From Promethearchaeati archaeon (GTDB lineage Archaea > Asgardarchaeota > Heimdallarchaeia > JABLTI01), in contig JABLTI010000061.1 of the NCBI GenBank assembly GCA_013166835.1, positions 1-16,619 of the forward strand: 16,619 nt of DNA, given 5' to 3'. Of this stretch, positions 1-8,204 are shown in pieces (positions within the stretch are counted from its first letter, which is position 1; each line of letters begins with the position of its first letter). Both the position numbers and the translations under genes were made by a program. The notes beneath the pieces were generated by a model. The model was not told where the DNA came from. It worked only from the letters and a program-made list of their open reading frames with translations, and searched no databases.

Positions 1-16
1 TGATAGCTATCAATTA

Positions 17-277
17 ATGATCCTAGATTTGAATAATTTCTTGGATAAAATCAAAGAGCTTCCAGATAATTTCACAAGAATTTTTTCTAATGCTGTAGTT
101 TTTCTCATTGCTATCTGTTTTGCCCTTGGAGTGGTCCTAGCAATTGTAGGAGCTATAAAATGGGCCACTGGCTGGGATGATAAGGGTGGGAAAAAAACAG
201 TAGTAAAGGGCATAGTTTTGATAGGAATATCGCTGATTGCTGGTGGTACGGGGATTACAATAGTAACCTTCACATAA
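17..277 (+). CDS. Small two-helix membrane protein, VirB2/TrbC pilin-like
   Basis: 86 aa ORF, ATG to TAA. Amphipathic N-terminus, then two hydrophobic segments (AVVFLIAICFALGVVLAIVGAI; GIVLIGISLIAGGTGITIV) joined by a short basic loop (KWATGWDDKGGKK). Family assignment is by architecture only. Confidence 0.55.
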   Translation: MILDLNNFLDKIKELPDNFTRIFSNAVVFLIAICFALGVVLAIVGAIKWATGWDDKGGKKTVVKGIVLIGISLIAGGTGITIVTFT

Positions 278-372
278 TACTTCTGTTGTTTCATATTCCC
301 TTAAAACAATCTTAATATCTGGAAATGTTATTTGTTACTAGAAAGTAATAATCTGTTTGTGGAGTAATTCAT

Positions 373-1674
373 ATGTTGAAAATTCAAATACCAAGACGAT
401 GGTATCTAGCAATTGTCGGATTAGCTGATTGGCGAGAGAAAGCAAAAAATATTCCTTTTCAAGAATACCAGGAACTCAAAGCAATTATAGATAGCTATTT
501 ATCAAAAATCTATAAATCCTTCAGAAAAAGAGGTGCATTGGTTGGTAGTCTTTTTTGGTCCCAAGAAAATTTAGCTCCAATGTTTTTACTAGAAGCTACA
601 AGAGAAAATGAAAAATTCTTGAAAGAAAATAGAGTTATTTTTCAAAACGTCACGGAAAAGATAATTGGTAGTTTAACAAGTGAAGAACGCCAATCATTTC
701 TTGGTAAGAACCTGGAGGAAGTAATTCCAGAAGGCAGAATACTGATTCTGGATTGCTCGTTGCCTTCAAATGCTCCTTATTATCCTACAGCAGATCAACT
801 AATGAAAATATTTAGTGAAGCTTTTAATTCAGAATTTCTTACGATTAAGCGCTCCGAGCATGATTTAGATGGACGCAAGAATTGGCTATCAGCTTTAGAT
901 AGTGTTCTAAATAGAGAATTGATTAAGGAAGTTGGTCCCGTTAAGAAATTACGAGAAGTCAAAGAGATAGAAGGTAAAAGGCTCTTTGACAAGCCATCCC
1001 CAGGTGATTTCGAGAAAATCTCTCGAGTATTATCTGAGGCAGTTCCATTTAGACCCAGTTTATTTGAAGTTGAGCAGCCCAAAGCATCATATGATGATCG
1101 TGAAGCACTTGGACATATAGTAATACAATATTTAGCTACAAAAGGAGACATACCAATAAAGCTTAGGTGGCGTTCTGTAACTCATCAGAGATTAGGAAGA
1201 AAATTCGAAGAATTGATGTGGATTTCATCTGAAAACATAGATTGGAAAGAACTTGATAAGCTTCATATTTATTCAAAGGAAATCGTTTATGATAAAGTGG
1301 AGAAAGTGATTGCTGATGTCGGGGGTATAAACGTTGATGCCTTATGGTCGGATAGTGATTTATCAAATAATGTCTTCTTCTTATCAAAATTCGCTTTTTC
1401 AGAAGATGTTATGAAGCAATTACATAAATTTACAATTAATCCTCGAGAACAACTTGCAGAGCATATCGGACCTCGAACAACTGCTATGTATGAATTATGG
1501 CAAAAAGCCGGCTTAAACTTCAATATTCTTATCTTTGAAGTGAAAGGTTTGGATCCCGATGAAGATAGGAAATTAATTGAGTGGATTAAAGATCTCAAAA
1601 ATAAGCAAAGTCCTGGTCCAAATTATTCAGCTAACAAAGAAGTTATCAAGGAAAGGCATTTCAGACCCTTTTAG
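373..1674 (+). CDS. Hypothetical soluble protein, 433 aa
   Basis: Long ORF with natural composition; GGAG at 361-364 upstream of the ATG; T-rich tract after the TAG. No motif recognised. Confidence 0.8.
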   Translation: MLKIQIPRRWYLAIVGLADWREKAKNIPFQEYQELKAIIDSYLSKIYKSFRKRGALVGSLFWSQENLAPMFLLEATRENEKFLKENRVIFQNVTEKIIGSLTSEERQSFLGKNLEEVIPEGRILILDCSLPSNAPYYPTADQLMKIFSEAFNSEFLTIKRSEHDLDGRKNWLSALDSVLNRELIKEVGPVKKLREVKEIEGKRLFDKPSPGDFEKISRVLSEAVPFRPSLFEVEQPKASYDDREALGHIVIQYLATKGDIPIKLRWRSVTHQRLGRKFEELMWISSENIDWKELDKLHIYSKEIVYDKVEKVIADVGGINVDALWSDSDLSNNVFFLSKFAFSEDVMKQLHKFTINPREQLAEHIGPRTTAMYELWQKAGLNFNILIFEVKGLDPDEDRKLIEWIKDLKNKQSPGPNYSANKEVIKERHFRPF

Positions 1675-1736
1675 ATAATTTCTTCTCTTATTTTTTCCAC
1701 AGATAATCTGTTTTTTGTGCGTTCATATCTCTAGTT

Positions 1737-1755
1737 AATTCCTTTAAAAGGAATT
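1737..1755. promoter_or_regulatory. Perfect 9-bp inverted repeat over a TATA-like box (candidate operator/promoter of the 1785 gene)
   Basis: AATTCCTTT-A-AAAGGAATT, containing TTTAAAA, ending 30 nt before ATG 1785. Confidence 0.4.
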
Positions 1756-1784
1756 TTGTCGAAATACCTAGTGAGTGATGAAAA

Positions 1785-2045
1785 ATGATGTCACAAATTC
1801 ATGGACACCAAGAACGATTGATTCATGATGTCTGGGGTGAAAGATGTTTAGAATGTGACTGCACCCATAAACCAAAAGTCCATTTATATCATATAAAGAG
1901 CGAAGAAATTGCTGTATTAAACTGTTCTAGTTGCGATTTTACCATAGTTGTTGTAGAAGTAGAAAAATTATCAGATACAAGCATAGCTGATGAAATCAAA
2001 AAAAGACAAAATTCCCTTGTTGCTACTCATCAATCATTCCCTTGA
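1785..2045 (+). CDS. Zn-ribbon-like hypothetical protein (CxxC...CxxC); frame continues to 2234 through three TGA codons
   Basis: CLECDC and CSSC motifs plus several His. First stop is TGA 2043-2045; the first TAA/TAG in frame is TAG 2232-2234. Confidence 0.6.
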   Translation: MMSQIHGHQERLIHDVWGERCLECDCTHKPKVHLYHIKSEEIAVLNCSSCDFTIVVVEVEKLSDTSIADEIKKRQNSLVATHQSFP

Positions 2046-2255
2046 ATAGATCACCTGCACCCAACACAGATCTCAGCAAATGAATGAAATCAAAAGAAAC
2101 ATGTCCTGTATACCTGAGCATTAAAACAAGCTCAAAGTGAGGCCTCACAAAATATCGGACCAGAAAAATCCAAATACGTGCAATCTATGTCCAAAAACAA
2201 AGGATTTAATATCCGAATACCTCAATTATCTTAGGTTATACAGTATTTATGGTGA

Positions 2256-2822
2256 ATGAAATTGGGTAAAGCAATAGTCATAATCTTTGCAGCCGTAACT
2301 CTCGTCTTAGTCCCAGTAAGTCTTCTAGTTGTATCTGACACAAGTGTTGATCCAGCCGATTATACCCTTGAATTTCAAGGCAGATTCTATGACGCAAAAA
2401 TAGGCGGGGAATCTGGTTTCGGATTCTTCAAATTCGTAACAGGCGGAGCAAGCCTTTTTGATCCCAATGCCTGGAATGCTGCTTTCACAGCTGAACCATT
2501 CTTAGGTTTGGCAACTGGTACATTTATGATGATTTTATGGTATGTAGGCATGGGAATGATAGTTATAGGTATTATAGTTGCCTTCTTTAAATTGAAACTT
2601 TCAAGCCTCTTCTTTATCTTAGCATTTATCGCTGATTTAGGACAACCAATTATCTGGTTTCTTGGAATGAAAGCTGAAGGTATACCAGCAACCACAAAAT
2701 TAATTCCAATACCACTTGGTGCATTACTTATGTTAACAACAATAATAATCGCTCTCACTTCTAAGAAGAAAGAATCGTATTATTATTCACCAGGTTATTC
2801 CTATGGTTATGGACGTCGTTAG
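2256..2822 (+). CDS. Integral membrane protein, about 4 TM segments, Tyr/Gly-rich C-terminal tail
   Basis: N-terminal hydrophobic helix, polar loop, three further hydrophobic segments, tail KKKESYYYSPGYSYGYGRR. GGTGA immediately upstream of the ATG. Confidence 0.8.
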   Translation: MKLGKAIVIIFAAVTLVLVPVSLLVVSDTSVDPADYTLEFQGRFYDAKIGGESGFGFFKFVTGGASLFDPNAWNAAFTAEPFLGLATGTFMMILWYVGMGMIVIGIIVAFFKLKLSSLFFILAFIADLGQPIIWFLGMKAEGIPATTKLIPIPLGALLMLTTIIIALTSKKKESYYYSPGYSYGYGRR

Positions 2823-2839
2823 AAGTCAAAACTATCATT

Positions 2840-2886
2840 GTAGTATCCTTGGATAAGACTCCAAGTTACTACTCTTAGCTCTTTTT
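2840..2886 (+). terminator. Imperfect hairpin plus T-rich tract after the membrane protein gene
   Basis: GTAGTA-TC-CTTGGA / TAAGAC loop / TCCAAG-T-TACTAC (2840-2872), followed by TCTTAGCTCTTTTT. Confidence 0.45.
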
Positions 2887-3026
2887 ATAATAAGTTAAGA
2901 ATACTTTCGGTTATCTCCATCTCTAGTTGCTCTTTTTTAAAGAAAAACACCTAATTACTATTAGGAGTCGGATCTCCTGAAAAGAGAAAGGGTCACACTA
3001 AAATGGTATGTATAATAGTAAGAAAT

Positions 3027-3329
3027 ATGATTGAATTAGGAAGAATTGCTTTACAAAATCGGGATTTCGCAACTGCAACAGAAATCTTTTCGAATGCAAT
3101 TATTGAAGAAAACAGTACAGATCCAAATTATTGGGGCTGTTTAGCTGAATCGCTGTTTTATCAAGCTCAATTTGAGAGCTCATTACAATGTTGGCATGAA
3201 GCAGCTTCTAAAGACCCACAAAATAAAATTATCTGGATTAGAATCAGTGCATTATATGCTTTAATGGATCAAGAGGATTTAGCAATTCATTATTATCAAA
3301 TTGCAGAAGGAATACCTATAGAGGGTTAA
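3027..3329 (+). CDS. Tetratricopeptide repeat (TPR) protein
   Basis: About three TPR-like units: LGRIALQNRDFATATEIFSNAI..DP; YWGCLAESLFYQAQFESSLQCWHEAASKDP; IWIRISALYALMDQEDLAIHYY. Start could be ATG 3003 or 3027. Confidence 0.8.
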   Translation: MIELGRIALQNRDFATATEIFSNAIIEENSTDPNYWGCLAESLFYQAQFESSLQCWHEAASKDPQNKIIWIRISALYALMDQEDLAIHYYQIAEGIPIEG

Positions 3330-3430
3330 GATAATTTCTGTTTACCATAGGTCGAGAGTTCAAGGCAATTTATTTATTATAGTGTGGATAATGTCATACT
3401 AGTCTATATAAAAAAAAGAGTTGAAATCAA

Positions 3431-3997
3431 TTGACTTATACAATAACATTCACTGTGACACAAAAATATGATCCAACAAGAAAAGAACTTGGTTTAAAAG
3501 TAGCAATAAGTGGATTTAGTAAATATAAAGGCGCAAAAATAAGATTTACTGCATTCCCTCATCAAGATAAAACATTTTCTAAATCTGGAGCAATGGCTTT
3601 CGAAACAATCGGTCGTCCTGGTAACAATCTCTTAGAAGTTATTGATTCCAAAACTAGTAAGGTATTACAATTTATAGGTTCCTTAAATGGTAATATTTTC
3701 ACAGAGAGTGATAAAGGTCAAGAAATTTCTATATCTCATCAGTCAAAGAAAGCAGTTATCACTATTAAGAAAGTAAGAAAACTAAAAGATGAAATCATTC
3801 GTCTTGAAGCTTCCCCAAAAATTTCATTGTTCTTTGGTTTGAATCCTGAAACAAATCAGCCAATTTACACCAAAAAAACAGACAAAAAAGGATCATTTAA
3901 AGAAGAGATAACCGGTGTCCTATCTGACAAGCATGAAATCAGAGTTCTTACTGGACAAATGAGTAAAATCTGTTCCATTAAACCTCCTGAACCTTAG
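3431..3997 (+). CDS. Hypothetical basic protein, probably beta-rich
   Basis: 188 aa ORF, TTG start, Lys-rich with alternating hydrophobic patterns; T-tract after the TAG. No family recognised. Confidence 0.7.
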   Translation: MTYTITFTVTQKYDPTRKELGLKVAISGFSKYKGAKIRFTAFPHQDKTFSKSGAMAFETIGRPGNNLLEVIDSKTSKVLQFIGSLNGNIFTESDKGQEISISHQSKKAVITIKKVRKLKDEIIRLEASPKISLFFGLNPETNQPIYTKKTDKKGSFKEEITGVLSDKHEIRVLTGQMSKICSIKPPEP

Positions 3998-4090
3998 ATT
4001 TTTTTATTTACAAATTGTGAGTTGCATTTTTAAATTGATTTTACTATCTTTAAAAAAGATAAAATAGTCTATATTAGGTGGTTTTGAAAT

Positions 4091-5506
4091 TTGGATGAAA
4101 GCTTATATGAGAAAATTTTCGAAATGGCTTCAAAAGAAAATGCAACTTATGTGGACATAAGAGATGAAGATTCTCTTTATACTTCAATAGAAGTTATAGA
4201 TGGAAAAGTTCAAACATCCTCCGCAGGTTCAGAAGCTGGTATTGGAATACGTTTGCTAGTTGATGGTGTTCTAGGATTTGCCTATGGCTCTAAAGAACAT
4301 TACAAAGATGTATTTCAAATGGCATTAAGTGCTCAGAAGACATCAAAGAAATTATCGGATGATATGGTTGAGCTTGCTCCGGTGGATGTCGTTAAAGATA
4401 AAGTTGTTATAAAACAGAAGAAACCAGCACAAGATATTTCTTTTGAAGAAAAAATGAAATTAGTATTGGAAACAGATAAGGAGCTTCGTGATGAAGAAAA
4501 TAAAATAAAATCAACAAGATTATTTTATACTGATGTTTTAAGAAGACAAACATTAGCAACATCTGAAGGCACTTTAATTTACGAAGAAAGACCATATACT
4601 AACTTCTATATGATGCCGACTGCACGAAAAGGAACCGAAACAAATCAAGGAATGGGTCGTGCAGGACATGTGGGTGGATTCGAGCTTTTTGATAACGTTG
4701 ATGTTGTGAAACGAGCAGAAGAAACCAAAATTAGAACCATAAAAGGTTTAGAAGCCAAACCAATTAAACCAGGTAAATATCCTGTGGTTTTAGATGGCTC
4801 ATTAAACTTTGTTTTTGCTCATGAAGCAGCAGGGCATAGTGCAGAAGCTGATTTTCTAAGAGCAGCGGGTGTTCTTAGAGGCAAATTAAATAAGAGACTA
4901 GCCCAGAGTTTCGTAAATCTTATAGACGATGGAACTCTTGAGTATGTTCCTGGTTATAAATCCAGAACCTTTGGATTTATGAGATATGATGATGAAGGTG
5001 TCGCTGTAGAAAGAACTGAAATCATAAAAGATGGTATTTTGAAAACTTATCTTACAGATAGAACAAATGCTTTACACTTCAATCTTAAACCAACCGGAAA
5101 TTGTCGAGCAGAATACTTCTCAAGTTTCCCAATAGTAAGGATGCGTAATACTTTCTTAGAAGCTTCAAAAGGTCAAGATTTATCAGAAGATGAAATTTTA
5201 GAACTTGTGAAAAACGGAGCCTTATTGAAACGAGCTGGTGGAGGAGAAGTAGATCCTATCCGAGGAACCTTCAATTTCGGCGTCGCAGAAGTTTTTGAAA
5301 TTAAAAATGGAGAAATTAGTGATATGCGTCGAGCTACAACACTATCTGGAAATACTCTTGAAACACTTGGAAAGATTACAGGAATTTCTAATAAAATGAC
5401 TGATCCTTCAGCAAACACTGGTTTTTGTGGAAAGGATGGACAACGTGCACCAACAGGAACAGGTGGAGGTTGGTGTGCTGTGAAAGTGATGACTATTGGA
5501 GGTTAA
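4091..5506 (+). CDS. tldD: TldD family metalloprotease, catalytic subunit
   Basis: HEAAGH (HExxGH) metal-binding motif, YDDEG, TGNCRA, PIVRMRNT, and conserved C-terminal CGKDGQ. TTG start with AGGTGG upstream. Confidence 0.93.
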   Translation: MDESLYEKIFEMASKENATYVDIRDEDSLYTSIEVIDGKVQTSSAGSEAGIGIRLLVDGVLGFAYGSKEHYKDVFQMALSAQKTSKKLSDDMVELAPVDVVKDKVVIKQKKPAQDISFEEKMKLVLETDKELRDEENKIKSTRLFYTDVLRRQTLATSEGTLIYEERPYTNFYMMPTARKGTETNQGMGRAGHVGGFELFDNVDVVKRAEETKIRTIKGLEAKPIKPGKYPVVLDGSLNFVFAHEAAGHSAEADFLRAAGVLRGKLNKRLAQSFVNLIDDGTLEYVPGYKSRTFGFMRYDDEGVAVERTEIIKDGILKTYLTDRTNALHFNLKPTGNCRAEYFSSFPIVRMRNTFLEASKGQDLSEDEILELVKNGALLKRAGGGEVDPIRGTFNFGVAEVFEIKNGEISDMRRATTLSGNTLETLGKITGISNKMTDPSANTGFCGKDGQRAPTGTGGGWCAVKVMTIGG

Positions 5507-5510
5507 AAAA

Positions 5511-6968
5511 ATGACTGAATATTATTCAATAGAAAAAGCTCTCGAGTATGGAATCAAATTCGCAGAGAAAAAAGGAGCAGAAGAAGTAGAGGGATTTAGC
5601 AGTAGTTCACGCGAAATAAACTTATCAGTAGAAAAGAAACTACCAAAATTAACTGCTGGCATCTCAACAGGTGTATCCTTTAGAGTAGTTAGTAAAGGAA
5701 ATCTCGGTTTTGGATTTACAAAAACTCTAACAAAGGAAAGATTAGAATCAACTATTTCAACAGCATTATCAAATGCAAAATCTAAAGGTAAAGATCCAGA
5801 CTTTAAATCTCTGCCACTACCTTCTAAGAAGAAAGTTGCCAAAGTGCCTTATGATAAGAAACTTGAGAAAATTACTTCAGATATGGTTGCAGAGGATCAA
5901 ACTATTTTGAAGGATACCATAAATGATGTTAAGCATTTGAACTTCTTACAAAGTCAATTGTTTCTTGGATTATCAGAAGATCGACTAGTCAATTCCAATG
6001 GTATAGATATCTCCAGTAAAAGTGCTGGTTACGGAGGTTTGGCTGCAGCTATAACAACAAAGGGATTAATACCGAATTATGTGTTTGAAATTCAAGGTGG
6101 AAATTCCGTAGAATCATTTAATATAAATGACTTAGCGAAAGAAGCAATTTATGAAATACAAAGAGCAGCAGCACCAAAAACAATGAATTTTGAGAAAGAA
6201 GTGCCAATAATACTTGAACCAGAAGCTTCAACAGGAATTATGGGTGGTTTATTTGTTCTTCTTGTTAATCAATTGAGCGGTGATAATGTTGCATCTGGTG
6301 CTACACCCTATTCTGATCAAGTAGGAAATCTGATATCAGTTGAAGATTTCACGTTAATTGATAATGGAATAAATCCTGATAAACTCTCTAGCTCAACTTA
6401 TGATGGAGAGGGTATGCCAAGAGAAAAAACAGTTTTGGTCGATAAAGGTATCCTAAAAACATTTCTACTAGATACTTACTATGGCAGCAAACTTGGTTTG
6501 GAATCAAATGGTAAAAGTACACGAACAGGTATGCTAGGATTTGGTGACCCCATAAAAACTGCTCCCTCAATAGGTAATACTACAATGGAAATTCTTGGTG
6601 GAGATTCAACTAAAGAAGAAATGATTGCTGAAACACGTGAAGGCTTCATGGTTCACTCACTAATGGGTTTACACATGTCTGATCGTAGCTCTGGTCGTTT
6701 TTCTGTAACAGGATTTGGTTGGTACATAAAGAATGGTGAAGTCAAATATCCCGTCCAGGGAATTTCTATCTCTGGTATGTTACCGGAATTAATCAAAAAT
6801 ATAGATATGATTTCCAAAGAACCAAAATCAATGTTGCTGGGGAATTGTCCATATATGCGATTTTCAAGTGTTCCCACAACTGCAAAGAAATTTGATTTGA
6901 AAACACGATTCGGTTTAACAATGTTGAAAATTATAACACTACTAACTGGAAAACATCCAATGTTTTAA
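5511..6968 (+). CDS. pmbA: PmbA/TldE family protein, non-catalytic partner of TldD
   Basis: YDGEG, VDKGILKTFLLD, SNG, SGRFS, IKNGEVKYPV; no HExxH. ATG 5511 lies 4 nt after the tldD stop with GGAGGT at 5498-5503, so it is preferred over TTG 5496. Confidence 0.9.
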   Translation: MTEYYSIEKALEYGIKFAEKKGAEEVEGFSSSSREINLSVEKKLPKLTAGISTGVSFRVVSKGNLGFGFTKTLTKERLESTISTALSNAKSKGKDPDFKSLPLPSKKKVAKVPYDKKLEKITSDMVAEDQTILKDTINDVKHLNFLQSQLFLGLSEDRLVNSNGIDISSKSAGYGGLAAAITTKGLIPNYVFEIQGGNSVESFNINDLAKEAIYEIQRAAAPKTMNFEKEVPIILEPEASTGIMGGLFVLLVNQLSGDNVASGATPYSDQVGNLISVEDFTLIDNGINPDKLSSSTYDGEGMPREKTVLVDKGILKTFLLDTYYGSKLGLESNGKSTRTGMLGFGDPIKTAPSIGNTTMEILGGDSTKEEMIAETREGFMVHSLMGLHMSDRSSGRFSVTGFGWYIKNGEVKYPVQGISISGMLPELIKNIDMISKEPKSMLLGNCPYMRFSSVPTTAKKFDLKTRFGLTMLKIITLLTGKHPMF

Positions 6969-6970
6969 TT

Positions 6971-7010
6971 TGAGTGAAATATATTCACTCATCTTCTTCT
7001 CTTTTTCTTT
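6971..7010 (+). terminator. Hairpin plus pyrimidine tract between convergent pmbA and fen
   Basis: TGAGTGAA-ATATA-TTCACTCA (perfect 8-bp stem, 6971-6991), then TCTTCTTCTCTTTTTCTTT. Confidence 0.6.
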
Positions 7011-7013
7011 CTG

Positions 7014-8069
7014 TTATCCACTAAAAAATGAATCAAGTGTAGGTTGCTTTTTCTTTTCTTCAGCTTTCTTTATTGTTCTCTCGAGAGCATTTCTTACTCT
7101 TGTCTCAGAAAATCCTCTTTCTCCTGCTAGGAAATCCACAATTTTTTCAATTTTCGGAGAAGACCATTGTAAAGCAAAATCAGTTGTTATTGCAGGCTTC
7201 GAAAAGAGTTCTCTTATTGTTTTTATATCAAAATCAATTTTTGCTTCAGACATTTTTGGGAGTTTGAGAATTCTTTCAAGTGTCTTATGCTCTTTTACTA
7301 ACTTCAAAGCAGTTTTTGGACCAATTCCTGATACTCCAATACCATTAGGATTAAAATCTGTTCCGAGTAATATTGCAATATCAATAAGTTCTTCTTGGGT
7401 TAATTCAATTACTTCTAAAGCTTGTTCTAATTCAATTAGCTCTGGTTTCACTTCAACATAAACATTTTTCCGTGGCAATTTTCTTTTTCCTGAGATTGTG
7501 AGATTCCGTACTAATCTTGGTGTTCCGAATAGCAAGCTGTCATAATCTTGTGAGCAACTAGCCCATACATCACCGTTTTTCGCCATAATTGCTGCTTGAC
7601 CTTCACCTTCTGAGGGGGCTTGTATAACGGGAACACCCATCAAATTCAATAATCGCTTTGCATCCTCTATCATAGGTGAAGTTAGACGAGCTGTTTTTTG
7701 CGCATATCTTTGGGCTAATTCCATGTCTCCTCTTTCTAATGCTTCTTCATATGCAACATCAGCTTCCTTTTTTACAGTCTTTCTTCTAAGAATTTCCTTT
7801 TGTTTTTCTTCTGGAGGTTTGCCATCAAAGATAAACACAACTTTTATTCCACTGTTTATGGATCTAATGATTCGATATAATAATCCGGAGAGATGACTCG
7901 TCACATTACCATGTTCATCTGTTAAAAGACTGCCATCCGATTGTCTGATTCGAGTTAAGAATTGATATAGAATATTATTACCATCAAAAGCAATTGCTCT
8001 GTCTTTGAAAAACTCAAAGCTAACTTCTTGACGGTCTGCAAATAAGTCGCCGAGTTTTGTAACACCCAT
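7014..8069 (-). CDS. fen: Flap endonuclease 1 (archaeal FEN1)
   Basis: MGV start, DGNNILYQFL, TSHLSGL, FDGKPP, APSEGEGQAA, SQDYDSLLFG, GTDFN..GIGPKTA (H3TH), C-terminal PIP box QPTLDSFF. Confidence 0.97.
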   Translation of the reverse strand: MGVTKLGDLFADRQEVSFEFFKDRAIAFDGNNILYQFLTRIRQSDGSLLTDEHGNVTSHLSGLLYRIIRSINSGIKVVFIFDGKPPEEKQKEILRRKTVKKEADVAYEEALERGDMELAQRYAQKTARLTSPMIEDAKRLLNLMGVPVIQAPSEGEGQAAIMAKNGDVWASCSQDYDSLLFGTPRLVRNLTISGKRKLPRKNVYVEVKPELIELEQALEVIELTQEELIDIAILLGTDFNPNGIGVSGIGPKTALKLVKEHKTLERILKLPKMSEAKIDFDIKTIRELFSKPAITTDFALQWSSPKIEKIVDFLAGERGFSETRVRNALERTIKKAEEKKKQPTLDSFFSG

Positions 8070-8204
8070 TCGTTTTTATCCTCCACAAGTAAACTTTCTA
8101 GTATTAACTATTAATTTTTCCAATACTTCACTCGTTTTATTTTTCTTATTAATAAGCAATTAAATTTTAATTCCCTATATGAGTATTTAAACTCGTGATT
8201 TAAT

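Noticed and set aside
1-12. Perfect palindrome TGATAGCTATCA at the window edge; AGCTAT also recurs near 8674-8697 and 15637-15648
   Set aside because: Short, AT-rich, truncated context and no consistent position relative to genes.
10-1598. Minus-strand ORFs 10-294, 795-1151, 1163-1387 and 1287-1598
   Set aside because: Antisense shadows of better-supported plus-strand genes, with no motifs.
1785-2234. Genome-wide TGA=Trp (code 4) reassignment
   Set aside because: All long conserved genes here are intact under code 11 and use TGG for Trp; an AT-rich code-4 genome would show many internal TGAs.
2961-2980. Small hairpin TTAGGAG-TCGGAT-CTCCTGA upstream of the TPR gene
   Set aside because: Only a 7-bp stem with one G-U pair, and too far from either candidate start to argue for RBS sequestration.
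2387-7461. ORFs 2387-2758, 4407-4595, 5173-5418, 5522-5842, 6388-6570, 6653-6877, 6970-7461 and 7073-7267
   Set aside because: They overlap the membrane protein gene, tldD, pmbA or fen on the opposite strand and have shadow-like composition.
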